The notes under the pieces are model-generated. The model searched no databases, was not told the DNA's origin, and worked only from the letters and a program-made list of their open reading frames with translations. A stretch of DNA of 39,988 nucleotides from a virus (taxonomy: Duplodnaviria; Caudoviricetes), in IMG/VR virus record IMGVR_UViG_3300017658_000008, positions 1 through 39,988 of that record; one strand, 5' to 3'. Position 1 is the first letter of the stretch, and each line of letters starts with the position of its first letter. Made by a program: the position numbers and the translations under genes. This document shows positions 15,785-26,305 of the stretch, one piece after another.

Positions 15785-17321
15785 GCGGGAACTCGAGCTT
15801 CGCGCTCGCTACCGGGACGACTTCAAGACCTACGCCGGCGTCTGCCTCAAGATTAGACCCAAAGACCCGCGCGCCGGGAATAAGCCTCTGCTGCTGAACA
15901 CTGCACAGCGGTACGTGCACCAGAAGCTCGAAGATCAGCGCGCGGAGACAGGCAAGGTTCGTGCCCTCGTCCTGAAGGGACGGCAACAGGGTATGTCGAC
16001 GTATATCGGCGGCCGCTTCTACTGGCGTACGACGCACGGGAAGGGTATCCGCTGCTTCATTCTCACCCACGAGCAGGACGCCACCGACAACCTGTTCGCT
16101 ATGGTCGAGCGTTACCATGATCACTGCCCCGAAATCGTCAAGCCGAGCACGGGCGCCTCGAATGCCAAAGAGCTGTTGTTCGACAAGCTGGAGAGCGGCT
16201 ACGCCGTCGGCACGGCAGGCACCAAGGCGGTGGGCCGGTCGCAGACCATTCAGCTCTTCCACGGTTCTGAGGTAGCGTTCTGGCCCAACGCGGCCACCCA
16301 CTTCGCCGGCGTGGTGCAGGCGGTTCCTGACCTGCCGGGGACGGAGATCATCCTCGAATCGACGGCCAATGGCGTCGGCGGCGAGTTTCACGAGCGCTGG
16401 CAGCAGGCGGAAGCGGGGATCGGCGACTACATCGCGATATTCGTCCCATGGTTCTGGCAGGAGGAATACAGCCGAGATGTCCCCGACGGATTCGTGCTCG
16501 ACGACGAAGAAGCCGAGTACATGGAGTCTTACGGCCTCTCGCTCGAGCAGATGGCCTGGCGGCGCAACAAGATTGCCGAGCTCAAAGACCCACTGCTGTT
16601 CAAGCAGGAATATCCGGCGACCGCCGCAGAAGCGTTTCAGATGTCGGGCCACGACGGCTTCATTAAGCCGGCACCCGTGGTCAAGGCGCGCAAGGCCAAT
16701 CTGCCGGGCATCGGTTCGCTGATCATCGGCGCTGACCCGTCGCGCTTCGGCAATGACCGGTTCTCGCTCGCCTACCGTCGTGGCCGTAAGGTGCTGAAGG
16801 TCGAGAGCAAGACGAAGCTCGACAACGTTCAGGGCGCCAATTGGATCAAGCAGGTCATCGACCGCGACAAGCCGGCGCGCGTGTTCATCGACGTGGGCGG
16901 TGTTGGTGCTGGCGTCTACGACATCCTCAATAACTGGGGCGCGCCCTACAACAAGATCGCCGTCCCCATCGACTTCAGCGGTTCGCCGCAGGAGCCCGAC
17001 GTGACGCTTCCGAGCGGCGAGGTTCGGCCCGGCCCGTTCAATCGCCGGGCCGAAATGTGGATGCGTTCGCGTGACTGGCTGGACGAGCCGGGGGGAGCCG
17101 ACATTCCGGACAGCGATAGTCTTCAGTCTGACGCGTGCGCCCCCGGCTACAAGTACAACACCAACTCCTACCTGCTGATCGAAAGCAAGGAACACATGCG
17201 CGACGTGCGAAAGATCAGATCACCGGATGAATGGGACGCCGTGGCGCTGACCTTTGCCGAGCCGGTTAAGGAGGTAACGCCCGGCCCAAAGCGCCGCGTC
17301 AAGCTCGGGACCATGGCCTGA
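15768..17321 (+). CDS. terL: Terminase large subunit
   Basis: LKGRQQGMST Walker A, FHGSEVAFW Walker B, ESTANG, GADPSRFGND nuclease, RSPDEWDA. Confidence 0.95.
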   Translation: MSSLTKRELELRARYRDDFKTYAGVCLKIRPKDPRAGNKPLLLNTAQRYVHQKLEDQRAETGKVRALVLKGRQQGMSTYIGGRFYWRTTHGKGIRCFILTHEQDATDNLFAMVERYHDHCPEIVKPSTGASNAKELLFDKLESGYAVGTAGTKAVGRSQTIQLFHGSEVAFWPNAATHFAGVVQAVPDLPGTEIILESTANGVGGEFHERWQQAEAGIGDYIAIFVPWFWQEEYSRDVPDGFVLDDEEAEYMESYGLSLEQMAWRRNKIAELKDPLLFKQEYPATAAEAFQMSGHDGFIKPAPVVKARKANLPGIGSLIIGADPSRFGNDRFSLAYRRGRKVLKVESKTKLDNVQGANWIKQVIDRDKPARVFIDVGGVGAGVYDILNNWGAPYNKIAVPIDFSGSPQEPDVTLPSGEVRPGPFNRRAEMWMRSRDWLDEPGGADIPDSDSLQSDACAPGYKYNTNSYLLIESKEHMRDVRKIRSPDEWDAVALTFAEPVKEVTPGPKRRVKLGTMA

Positions 17322-17322
17322 C

Positions 17323-19533
17323 ATGGCGGACATGACCGAAGAAGAGCTGCTGAAAATCCTCAAGGAAGAGGAAGCGGACGCAGCCTCCTACTACACCTCG
17401 GAATTGGCCAAGCACCAGGCCGAGGCCATGGAGCGCTTCTACGGCGAGAAATACGGCGATGAGGTGGAAGGCCGGTCCTCGATCACCACCCACGACATCG
17501 AGGACTGCATCAACTGGATCATGCCCGACCTGATGCGGGTGTTCCTCGCCTCCGACGAGCTGGTCACCATCGAGCCGGGCTCTGTCGAGGACGAGCAGCC
17601 GGCCAACGGGCAGCCGGGCGGCAAGCCGATCACCGAATTGGCCGCCGATTATCTCGACCACATCTTCTTCAAGGACAACGACGGCGAGACGAACCTTTAC
17701 GACTTCGCCTTCGATGGCCTGCTGCAGCGCCGCGGCGTCATGCGGGTGGCGTGGGAGGACCCCAAGCCCAAGCCCGCCAAGACGCTGGAAGGCGTCGCTC
17801 CCGACAAGCTCGCCAGGTACCTCGAGGACCCCGAGTATGAAATCCTCGAGCAGGAGCAGGATCCGAAAACGCAACTCTTCACCCTCAGGGTCAAGCAGAC
17901 GCCGAAAGTCGGGCGCGTGTGCATCGAGGCGGTGGCGCCGGAAGGCTTCCGGATCGCCCGCCGGGCCAAGTCGATCTTGGCGGCCGCCTATCATGGCGAG
18001 CAGTCGGACGAATTCCTCGCCGACCTCATCCGCGAATTTCCGCGCAAGGCGAAAGACCTCAACCCCGATGGGGTCAACTACGCCAACGACGACAAGGACG
18101 ATGAGGAATCCGACCCGCGCGCCGAGGCCCGCTGGCAGGATGAGATTTCCGACGTTGCGCGCAAGTGCGCCGCCAGCGCCGGCCGCCGCAAGGTCAAGCT
18201 GACGCGCGAATACGTGCGTGTCGACTATGACGGCGACAACATCGTCGAATTGCGCTGCATCAAGCGCGTCGGCGACACGATCCTGGAGAACGTCGAGGTC
18301 GAGCGCTCGGAATATGTGACGTGGACGCCCCTGCGGGTGGCCCACAAGAACGCCGGGCGCTCGATGGCCGATGTGCTCGGCCCCATCCAGCGCGCCCGCA
18401 CCGTCGTGCTTCGTCGCACTCTCGACGGTCTTGCCCAGGCGCTCACCCCGCGCTCCACCGTGAACACGGCGATGGTCGGCGATGAAGGCATCGACGACCT
18501 GATCGACAACGAGATCGGCGGCGTCGTCCGTGTCGACGGCGATGTGAGAGCCGCGATCGCGGTGCAGCAGACGCCCGATGTCTCCGCCTCCGGCTACCAG
18601 ATGCTGGAATATCTCGACCAGCGGGGCGAGGAAGCATCCGGCGTCACCCGCCACGCCCAGGGCATGGACCCGCAGGCGCTGAACAAGACGGCGACGGGCA
18701 TCGACCTGCTGCAGGCGGCGGCGAAGTCCCGTATCGAGTTGATCGCCCGCTGGCTCGGCAAGGGCCTGCAGGATGTCCTCGAACTGGTGCTGCACCTCGT
18801 GTGCGCACATCAGGACGCCGCCCGGCAGGTGAAGATCAAGGGAGAATGGGTCTCGATTGACCCGCGCCGCTGGTCGGACGAGATGGCGGTCAAGGTGCAC
18901 GTCGGCATGGCCGCGGCATCGCGGGCGCAGCAGGTCGCCAACCTCGAGAACGTCATCACCAAGCAGGGCGAAATCCTGAAGCTGGCCGGCCCCGGCAACC
19001 CCATCGTCGGCGTGCAGGAATTGCGCAACGCCTGCGCCGAGCAGGTACAGGCCATGGGCTACAAGGACGCCTCGCGCTTTTTCAAGGAGATCGACAAGAA
19101 CTATCAGCCGCCGGAGGCTCCGCCCGATCCGAAGATGGCGGAAGTGCAGATGAAGGCACAGATGCAGCAGCAGCAGGCGGCCTTCGACCAGCAGATGCAA
19201 CAGCAGAAGATGGCCTCCGAGCGGGAGATGGCGGCGTTCAAGGTGCAGTCCGAGCAGCAGCTCGCCATGCTGCGGCTGGCGTCCGAGGAACGCCTTGCCG
19301 TCCAGCGCATGGAGATGGAAGCGCAGCTCGACCTTCGCCGGCAGAACATGGAAGCCGATCAGGACGAGCGGCGCATGGGGATGGAGGCCGCGCAGGCCGA
19401 GCGTGACAGCCAGCGCAATGCGGCAACCACCGTCATCGCGGCGAAAGAGAACGCCAAGGCGAAGGCGAAGCTGAACGGCTCGGGCAAGACCGCGATCAAG
19501 AAGAACCGCCCCGGCGGTGATCTGGCGAAGTAG
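17323..19533 (+). CDS. Portal protein (P22/SU10-like)
   Basis: 736 aa after terL; GRSMAD, SGV...AQG.D, TATG motifs; C-terminal coiled-coil barrel. Confidence 0.9.
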   Translation: MADMTEEELLKILKEEEADAASYYTSELAKHQAEAMERFYGEKYGDEVEGRSSITTHDIEDCINWIMPDLMRVFLASDELVTIEPGSVEDEQPANGQPGGKPITELAADYLDHIFFKDNDGETNLYDFAFDGLLQRRGVMRVAWEDPKPKPAKTLEGVAPDKLARYLEDPEYEILEQEQDPKTQLFTLRVKQTPKVGRVCIEAVAPEGFRIARRAKSILAAAYHGEQSDEFLADLIREFPRKAKDLNPDGVNYANDDKDDEESDPRAEARWQDEISDVARKCAASAGRRKVKLTREYVRVDYDGDNIVELRCIKRVGDTILENVEVERSEYVTWTPLRVAHKNAGRSMADVLGPIQRARTVVLRRTLDGLAQALTPRSTVNTAMVGDEGIDDLIDNEIGGVVRVDGDVRAAIAVQQTPDVSASGYQMLEYLDQRGEEASGVTRHAQGMDPQALNKTATGIDLLQAAAKSRIELIARWLGKGLQDVLELVLHLVCAHQDAARQVKIKGEWVSIDPRRWSDEMAVKVHVGMAAASRAQQVANLENVITKQGEILKLAGPGNPIVGVQELRNACAEQVQAMGYKDASRFFKEIDKNYQPPEAPPDPKMAEVQMKAQMQQQQAAFDQQMQQQKMASEREMAAFKVQSEQQLAMLRLASEERLAVQRMEMEAQLDLRRQNMEADQDERRMGMEAAQAERDSQRNAATTVIAAKENAKAKAKLNGSGKTAIKKNRPGGDLAK

Positions 19534-19541
19534 GGGCATCC

Positions 19542-19829
19542 GTGGACAGACCCGACAAGGAAAGCCGCCTCGCCAATCGGGTGCAGGTGGGCGACAGGAT
19601 GCGGGCTTTTGTCGGCGACCCGCTGATCTCCGGCTGGTTCGACCGGGCCATAGCCAACGCCACCGACGCGATGGTGCAGGCGGCCGTCGCAGGAGATGGC
19701 CCGCAGGCCATGCACAAGGGCCTGACGATCAACATCCTGAAAGAGGTGCGCGCGCTGATGCTGCGCGCCGAGGCAGAAGGCAGTCGCGCGGCAGAAGACC
19801 TGCAGAAGCGCAAGCATAGGAGCGAATGA
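19542..19829 (+). CDS. Hypothetical head-region protein
   Basis: 95-aa ORF between portal and scaffold. Confidence 0.7.
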   Translation: MDRPDKESRLANRVQVGDRMRAFVGDPLISGWFDRAIANATDAMVQAAVAGDGPQAMHKGLTINILKEVRALMLRAEAEGSRAAEDLQKRKHRSE

Positions 19830-20884
19830 TGGACCCGCTAGCCCGTTTCCCGTTCTTCCGCGTCAACATGAAGCCCGACGATGAGGGCGCCGGCGGGCTC
19901 GATGACAACGACGGCACGCTCGTCGATGCCACCCGCGCCATGCCCGACATCGAGGCCTTGGAGCGGGGAGAGAGCGGCCGTCCGGCCGAGCGCGAGGCCA
20001 ACGGCCGCTTCAAGGGCAAGGAGGGCGCCGAGGCGGAGAAGGTGGAGGCCAAGGCCGATCCCGCAAGCGAGCCGGAGAAGGCCGCCGAACCGGCCGAGGG
20101 CGAGGACGAGGAGGATTACCTCGAGTTCGCCCCCGAGAAGGAAGGCGAGGAGCCCAAGCGCCACAAGGTCTCCGAGGTGTGGGCCGGCTATCAGAAGGCG
20201 CAGACGCTCGAGGCGGAGATCGCCGCCCTCAAATCGAAGTCGCCGATGGAGATGTCCGCCGATGTCGAGAAGGCGACGTCCGATCTCGTGCGCCAGATGG
20301 CCGAATACGAGAAGGCGAACGAGATCTGGGCCTCGATGCAGCAGGTGCGCGAGCCCTCCATGGAGCTGCTGAACGAGGCCTCCGAGCACTACAACCCGAC
20401 CCTTTACGCTCAGCTGAAGCAGCAGTCGCAGAAGCAGGCGCAAGATATCGCCAAGGCGACGGCCGAGATGCAGCGCGTCGGCAAGGAGCGGGCGGCGCAC
20501 GAGCAGCGCCTGGAGCAGGCCCGCTTCCAGCGCGAGCAGGCAAAGCTCAATGAGTTCTGGCCCGAGCTGATGGCCGACAAAGCCGTGCAGCAGCAGGTCA
20601 TGGTGGACGCCGAGAAGGCCTACGGCTTCAAGGCCGAGGACTTCAACGGCCTCAGCGACCACCGCCACTACAAGGTTCTAAAGGACGCGTTGGCGTATCG
20701 CGCGGCGAAGGAGAAGACCGAGGCCGCCGTCAAAGTCGTGAGAGCCAAGCCGAAGCTGGTCAAGGGTGCGGCGCGCTCGAGTGTGAACCCCAAGGATGCC
20801 AAGCGCGCAGACGCGATGGACCGGCTATCGAAGTCCGGCTCCATCGACGATGCCGCCGACGCGCTCGAAGGGTTCCTGCACTAA
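19826..20884 (+). CDS. Capsid scaffolding protein
   Basis: Acidic N-terminus, coiled coil, LSKSGSIDDAA C-terminus; precedes the major capsid gene. Confidence 0.8.
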   Translation: MMDPLARFPFFRVNMKPDDEGAGGLDDNDGTLVDATRAMPDIEALERGESGRPAEREANGRFKGKEGAEAEKVEAKADPASEPEKAAEPAEGEDEEDYLEFAPEKEGEEPKRHKVSEVWAGYQKAQTLEAEIAALKSKSPMEMSADVEKATSDLVRQMAEYEKANEIWASMQQVREPSMELLNEASEHYNPTLYAQLKQQSQKQAQDIAKATAEMQRVGKERAAHEQRLEQARFQREQAKLNEFWPELMADKAVQQQVMVDAEKAYGFKAEDFNGLSDHRHYKVLKDALAYRAAKEKTEAAVKVVRAKPKLVKGAARSSVNPKDAKRADAMDRLSKSGSIDDAADALEGFLH

Positions 20885-20928
20885 CCGGAGCACCCCCTGG
20901 CCCATTCATCAACAAGGACTGAAACGAG

Positions 20929-21936
20929 ATGACTGTTCCGACCAACACCGTGCAGACCTTTGCCATGGTGGGCATCCGCGAAGATTTGTCGGATGTCATC
21001 ACCAACATCGCCCCCATGGAGGTGCCGTTCTACTCCATGTGCAAGAAGGGCTCGGCCAAGAACCGGACGCCCGAGTGGCAGAAGGACAGTCTCGCCGCCG
21101 GCGACCCGACCAACAAGCGGGTTGAAGGCGACGCGGCCGGGGACGCGGATGCCGGCAGCCAGCCGACGCGCCTCAAGAACGTCGTGCAACTCATGGACAA
21201 GGTGGTCGAGGTGTCGACCACGGCGCAGGCAGTCGAGACCGCCGGCCGCTCCAGCGAGCTCAAGTTCCAGGTGGCCAAGAAGGGCAAGGAGCTGAAGCGC
21301 GATATCGAACTGCGTATCACCGGCAACTTCGCCTCGGTGCTGGGCAATGCCTCGACCGCCGGCGAGCTCGGCGGGGCGGAGGCATGGATCGAGACCAACG
21401 TCTCGCGCGGCAACACCGGCGCCTCCGGCGGCTTCAACACCGGCACGGGCCTCGTCGAGGTGGCCGATGACGGCGACGCACGCACCTATACGGAGACGCT
21501 GCTCAAGGACGTGGTGCGCCAGGCGTGGGAAGCGGGCGGCGATCCCTCGATCATCATGTGCACCGGCTCCAAGAAGCAGACTTCCTCCGGCTTCGCGGGT
21601 ATCGCCACCCAGTACCGCGACAGCGGGCAGAGCCGCAAGCAGGCGGTGATCCTCGGCGCCGCCGACGTCTATGTCTCCGACTTCGGCGAGCATCGTATCG
21701 TGCCCAACCGCTTCATGGGTGCCGGCACGGGCCGCTCGGCGGGCGGTAACGGGCTCTATGACGGGCGCTCAGTGCTCGTCCTCGACCCGAAGACGTGGAC
21801 GCTGAAGTTCCTGCAGCCGTTCAAGACCGAGCCGCTGGCGAAGACCGGCCACTCCGACAAGCGCATGCTGTCGTGCGAGTTCACCCTCGCCGTGTCGGAC
21901 GAAGCCGCCAACGGCGTCATCGCCGACCTGTCGTAA
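20929..21936 (+). CDS. Major capsid protein (SU10/DUF5309-like)
   Basis: GIREDLSDVI.NI.P, EWQ.DSL, KELKRDIE, YVSDFG, LAKTG.SDKR. Confidence 0.92.
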   Translation: MTVPTNTVQTFAMVGIREDLSDVITNIAPMEVPFYSMCKKGSAKNRTPEWQKDSLAAGDPTNKRVEGDAAGDADAGSQPTRLKNVVQLMDKVVEVSTTAQAVETAGRSSELKFQVAKKGKELKRDIELRITGNFASVLGNASTAGELGGAEAWIETNVSRGNTGASGGFNTGTGLVEVADDGDARTYTETLLKDVVRQAWEAGGDPSIIMCTGSKKQTSSGFAGIATQYRDSGQSRKQAVILGAADVYVSDFGEHRIVPNRFMGAGTGRSAGGNGLYDGRSVLVLDPKTWTLKFLQPFKTEPLAKTGHSDKRMLSCEFTLAVSDEAANGVIADLS

Positions 21937-21963
21937 CGCTCCGTGCGATAGGGAAACGAGAAG

Positions 21964-21997
21964 GGCGGCTGCCTGGCCCTCTTGGCAGCCGCCTTTT
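21964..21997 (+). terminator. Rho-independent terminator after the capsid gene
   Basis: GGCGGCTGCC/GGCAGCCGCC stem followed by TTTT. Confidence 0.75.
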
Positions 21998-22005
21998 CCA
22001 TACCC

Positions 22006-22329
22006 ATGGCAAAGCGGCTTTTCGACTTCGATCCCGAGACCGGGATTCGCATCGACTTCGAGGATACCGACGACGGCTTCCAGCTGCATTACAGCCAGGA
22101 CGCCGAGCCGATCATCGAGGAGAACAAGAGAAAACAGGCGGCCGGGCGGGACTACTACGCCCGCGACGACGACATGTGGCGCGTCGCCTCGATTCCCATC
22201 CTCATCCAATACAAGTGGCTCACCGAGCACGGCGTCGACGTCATGAACCAGGATCACTGGCCGAAGGTGCGCCAGCTCCTCAACTCCTCCGACTATCGCT
22301 ACCTGAAGACAGCCGAGGTGATCATATGA
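22006..22329 (+). CDS. Conserved podophage hypothetical protein
   Basis: QDAEPIIEENK...VASIP...LNSSDYRYLKT. Confidence 0.75.
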   Translation: MAKRLFDFDPETGIRIDFEDTDDGFQLHYSQDAEPIIEENKRKQAAGRDYYARDDDMWRVASIPILIQYKWLTEHGVDVMNQDHWPKVRQLLNSSDYRYLKTAEVII

Positions 22330-22892
22330 GCAACGTGCATCTTCACGCTATGGACGCCTCCGGGCGGTGGGTGCCGGTCCGCTCGGATGCCATCGGCGAA
22401 CTGGCCGGCGGCGCGGGCGGCGGTGGCGCGGGTACAATCCCTGCCTCTTCTCCGACCATCGTCCAGCCATGGGTGTATGCCGGCCCGACGGGTGGCATCA
22501 CCGACACCGCCGACGATGAGATCATTGCCGCTGCCGGCTCTGGCAAGGCGAATTATCTGACCGGGCTGCAGATCATCAACGGACACGCCTCGACGGGGAC
22601 GGAAGTGGTGATCAAGGACGGCTCGACGGTGATCTGGCGCCAGTATCTCGACGCCAAGGCGGGGATCAGTGTCGATTTCGGTGCCCACCCGCTCATCTCG
22701 TCCAACAACACCGCCCTCAACGTCGCCTGCCTGACCGGATCGACCGCCACCTATGTCTCGGCGCAAGGCTACCGTGAAGCCTCGATCGATGTCATCCGGG
22801 CGCAGCAGACCAGTGAAATCGAGCTGTTCGACGCCTTCGGCAACCAGATGGTCGACGGCGCCGGCAATCTTCTCATCGTGCCCGCATACTGA
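22326..22892 (+). CDS. Putative virion (head decoration/spike) protein
   Basis: ATGA-coupled; beta-rich and Gly/Thr-rich. Confidence 0.65.
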   Translation: MSNVHLHAMDASGRWVPVRSDAIGELAGGAGGGGAGTIPASSPTIVQPWVYAGPTGGITDTADDEIIAAAGSGKANYLTGLQIINGHASTGTEVVIKDGSTVIWRQYLDAKAGISVDFGAHPLISSNNTALNVACLTGSTATYVSAQGYREASIDVIRAQQTSEIELFDAFGNQMVDGAGNLLIVPAY

Positions 22893-22907
22893 ACAGGATA
22901 GAAGCTC

Positions 22908-23483
22908 ATGGCCACCACCTCCATCGAAGCCATCACCTCGACGTCCGCAAGCGCGTTGGCCATCGGCCGCAACGGCGCCACCAATCCCGTGTTGAAGATC
23001 GATTGCTCGACGTCATCGGCCGCCACCGGCGTGCAGGTGAAAGGCGCTGCTGCCGCCGCCGGCGTGGCGCTTGCTGCCATTTCCTCCGGCACCAATGAGA
23101 ACCTCACCATCGACGCCAAGGGTTCGGGGACCGTCACCATCAACGGCACCGGCACGGGCGCCATCGCCCTGGCCCGTAACACGGCGGTGACGGGAACGCT
23201 CGGCGCCTCCGGCAACCTTGCCATCAACACCGACAAGTTCACGGTCGCAGCCTCGTCCGGCAATACCGCAGTGGCAGGCACGATGACCGTCACCGGCGCC
23301 GTCACCTTTTCCTCCACGCTCGGCGTTGCCGGCAACGTGTCGGTGAATACCAACAAGTTCACGGTAGCGGCTTCCACGGGCAATACGGTGGTCGGCGGCA
23401 CGCTCAAGTCGACCGGCGCCCTGACCATCGGCAGCACGGAGTTGACCGAAGCCAACCTGATCGCGCTGCTGGCGCTGCTCTGA
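22908..23483 (+). CDS. Fibre-like virion protein with internal repeats
   Basis: Two copies of NT[DN]KFTVAAS[ST]GNT.V.GT. Confidence 0.7.
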   Translation: MATTSIEAITSTSASALAIGRNGATNPVLKIDCSTSSAATGVQVKGAAAAAGVALAAISSGTNENLTIDAKGSGTVTINGTGTGAIALARNTAVTGTLGASGNLAINTDKFTVAASSGNTAVAGTMTVTGAVTFSSTLGVAGNVSVNTNKFTVAASTGNTVVGGTLKSTGALTIGSTELTEANLIALLALL

Positions 23484-23485
23484 CC

Positions 23486-23710
23486 ATGGCGCGGCCGAAG
23501 AAGCAGCCCACCGATGCGCCTCAGGCGGTAGAGCCGGCAGTGGCCGCAGCGTCCCCCGGCGAGGGTGGCGTCATGGTGCGCTGGACGTCGCTGGGCGCAA
23601 AGCGCCGCGCCTGGGCGGTCGGGACGATGCATGCGGCCGGGGAGGAGTTCCCCGTCTCACAACGGGACGCAGAAATCCTCGCTGAACGCGGGTTTGCGGA
23701 GCGCATCTGA
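23486..23710 (+). CDS. Hypothetical protein
   Basis: 74-aa ORF coupled to the adaptor gene. Confidence 0.65.
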   Translation: MARPKKQPTDAPQAVEPAVAAASPGEGGVMVRWTSLGAKRRAWAVGTMHAAGEEFPVSQRDAEILAERGFAERI

Positions 23711-24369
23711 TGGCATCGTTCGGCAGCTTCGACGACCTGCGCCAGCGCATTCTCCTCGAGTGCATCAAGAGCGCCAACTCGGCTTTCGACCAGGAAATCC
23801 CCGGCTTCGTCACCTTGGCCGAAGCGCGCATGTGGTACGGTTTCGGCAAGTCGGGGGATCCGCTCTATTCCGCCCCGTTGCGCTGCCGGGCGATGGAGAC
23901 GACGGAGCCGGAATTCTCGTTCACGAACGGCGAAGCCGAACTGCCCGAGGACTATCTCGACAAGCGCCACCTCTATTGGCCGTCGAACCCCATCGCCTCG
24001 CCCAACTACGAGGCGCCCATGGTGTTCTGGCCGAGCCGCACGAATGCCCAGGGCTCCAACCGCCCCATCGCCTACACCATCGAGGGCAACTCCTGCTTTC
24101 TGCGTCCCGCTGTCACCGGCGACGCGACGCTGCTCTATTACCGCAAGCTCACGCCCCTGGTGAACGCCGGCGACAGCAACTGGATTCTCGCCAACGCACC
24201 GGGCGCCTATTTCTACGGCACGCTGATCGAGGCCTGGCGCTTCATTCGCAACGCCGACAAGCTGATGGAGGCGATCACCGCCTACAACGGGATTGTCGGG
24301 GCGCTCAACGCCACGGAATCGAGGGCCCGTTTCTCGGGTGGGCGCATGGTGCGCCGGGTGACGTGGTAG
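23710..24369 (+). CDS. Head-tail adaptor (tail tubular protein A-like)
   Basis: IPGFVTLAEAR, LP.DYL, NWIL.NAP..Y.YG.L.EA. Confidence 0.8.
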   Translation: MASFGSFDDLRQRILLECIKSANSAFDQEIPGFVTLAEARMWYGFGKSGDPLYSAPLRCRAMETTEPEFSFTNGEAELPEDYLDKRHLYWPSNPIASPNYEAPMVFWPSRTNAQGSNRPIAYTIEGNSCFLRPAVTGDATLLYYRKLTPLVNAGDSNWILANAPGAYFYGTLIEAWRFIRNADKLMEAITAYNGIVGALNATESRARFSGGRMVRRVTW

Positions 24370-25845
24370 ATGGCGCGCTCCAAGAAGCCCGTCGCCTTCG
24401 CCCCCTTCGAGCCCGACAAGGCCGTCGTCTCGGGGGCCGCCGTCGAGGCCAAGGGTGTCATCTCGCAGGCCAAGCGCTATGCGCCCCTGCCGAGCCCGAC
24501 GCCATACCGCAACAACACGCCCATCAACGACACGTGCCTCGGCGCGGCCTCCTACTACGACTCGGATAACTCCCCGCACATCTTCCTCGGCGACCGCAGC
24601 CGGCTCTATAAGCTCATCAACCGCGTGCCGACCGATGTTTCCCGGGTGGCCGGGTATTCCGTCGACGCCGACTGGCAGTGGTCGTTCGAGCAGTTCAACA
24701 ACCATATCGTCGCCACCGCCCGTGGATTGAGCGACCTGCAGCTGTTCACGCTCGGCTCCTCCAGCACCTTTGCCGATATCCCCGACAGCCCGGCGGCCGA
24801 TGTCGTGTTCCGCATTCGCCAGCAAATGTTCGCCTGCCAGGGCATCACCGTCAACGTCTCCGCCTTCAATGATCCGACCGATTGGGCGCCCGACAGCGCC
24901 ACGCAGGCCTTCCAGACGACGGTCAACCAGAAGGCGGGGATCGTCGTCGCCGGCCTCGGGGGTGAGCAGGGCGCCATCTTCCAGGAGCGCGGCATCGTGC
25001 GCCTGTCGTTCACGGGCGGCGATCCGCCGTATATCTTCGACGAGGTGGAGGGCGGACGGGGCGCCGTCTCCCCCTCGGCCGTCAAGGCGTGGGGGCGGGG
25101 CGGCTTCGCGGTGGCCGAGGATGGGCTCTACTATTTCGACGGACTCGAAGCGCAGCCGATCGGCCAGGATAAGGTCGACCGGTACTTTGCCAACGATCTC
25201 AACCACACGTTCCGGGCACGGTGCGTCTCGGCCATCGATCCGGCACGCAAGGCGTGGATGATCGCCTATCCCGGCGGCTCGTCGACGGTGTGCAACCGGC
25301 TGCTCATCTTCTCGATGACGGATGCGCGCTGGACGCGGGACGAGTTCGAACTCGACGCCCTGTTCGAGATGCCCATCGAGGGCATTTCCGGGGATGACGA
25401 GGAGGCGATCATCGACCTCCTGGGGACCGCCAACGCGGACGCCCTCAACGTGTCGATCGACAGCCCGATCTGGCGCGAGTTGCGCGCCCAGTGGGCCTGC
25501 GTGACGCCGGAGCGCATCGTCAACACCTTCACCGGCCCGAACCGGCCGGCAACCATCGACACGGGGGAGTTCGAGCCGAATGCCGGCGGGCAGTCGTATC
25601 TCTCGGAATTGCTGCCGTTGATCGACGCCCCGCCCTCGCAGATCACCGCCTCCGTCTATGGCAAGCCCTACCGGCTGGAGGAAACCCCCATCCTCATGGA
25701 TGCGGCGCAGATGAACGACTATGGCATCTGCGACGTGCGCGCCGAGGCACGGTTCATCCGGGCGCGGTTCGAGATCGCCGAAGGGTGCACGTGGTCGGAA
25801 GCCTCGGGCACCCATTGGGACGCGGAGGCCTCCGGTGCCCGGTGA
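24370..25845 (+). CDS. Tail nozzle / DNA stabilisation protein (gp10-like)
   Basis: 491-aa beta-propeller-like protein after the adaptor. Confidence 0.75.
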   Translation: MARSKKPVAFAPFEPDKAVVSGAAVEAKGVISQAKRYAPLPSPTPYRNNTPINDTCLGAASYYDSDNSPHIFLGDRSRLYKLINRVPTDVSRVAGYSVDADWQWSFEQFNNHIVATARGLSDLQLFTLGSSSTFADIPDSPAADVVFRIRQQMFACQGITVNVSAFNDPTDWAPDSATQAFQTTVNQKAGIVVAGLGGEQGAIFQERGIVRLSFTGGDPPYIFDEVEGGRGAVSPSAVKAWGRGGFAVAEDGLYYFDGLEAQPIGQDKVDRYFANDLNHTFRARCVSAIDPARKAWMIAYPGGSSTVCNRLLIFSMTDARWTRDEFELDALFEMPIEGISGDDEEAIIDLLGTANADALNVSIDSPIWRELRAQWACVTPERIVNTFTGPNRPATIDTGEFEPNAGGQSYLSELLPLIDAPPSQITASVYGKPYRLEETPILMDAAQMNDYGICDVRAEARFIRARFEIAEGCTWSEASGTHWDAEASGAR

Positions 25846-26305
25846 GATCATCCCGACACCGCGGGGCAGCGATCCATCCAACCTCTACACGTGGGCACAG
25901 GCCCTGGCGACGGTGCTGACGCGGCGCTTTGCGCAAGGCGATAAGAACCTCGCCAATGGGCTCGATGACGCCGCCGGGCTGGAACAGGATGCGGACCTCG
26001 GTCATTGGCTGCTCGAGGCGCCAGACGACAAGACATACACCATCGTCGGCAAGCTGAAACAGCCGGTGACTATTACCGAGGTAACGACGATCACCAAGGC
26101 CGGGTCGTGCACGGTGACGGTCAAGATCAACGGCGTTGCCCTCGGCGGGACGGCCAACAGTGCTTCCACCAGCGCGCAGAGCCAGAGCCACACGACGGCG
26201 AATGAAGCAGTCGCGGGTGACACGATAGACATCGTTGTGTCGTCGAACTCTGGCGCAGAGATGCTGACGGTGGATATCAGCGGAACGGTCACCTTAGACC
26301 CATGA
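25835..26305 (+). CDS. Tail-associated protein
   Basis: GTG start with GGAGG RBS; beta-rich C-terminus. Confidence 0.65.
   Translation: MPGEIIPTPRGSDPSNLYTWAQALATVLTRRFAQGDKNLANGLDDAAGLEQDADLGHWLLEAPDDKTYTIVGKLKQPVTITEVTTITKAGSCTVTVKINGVALGGTANSASTSAQSQSHTTANEAVAGDTIDIVVSSNSGAEMLTVDISGTVTLDP

Noticed and set aside
15576-25881. Long minus-strand ORFs (15576-17195, 17299-19539, 23521-25881 and others)
   Set aside because: Antisense shadows of terminase, portal and tail genes caused by high-GC codon bias
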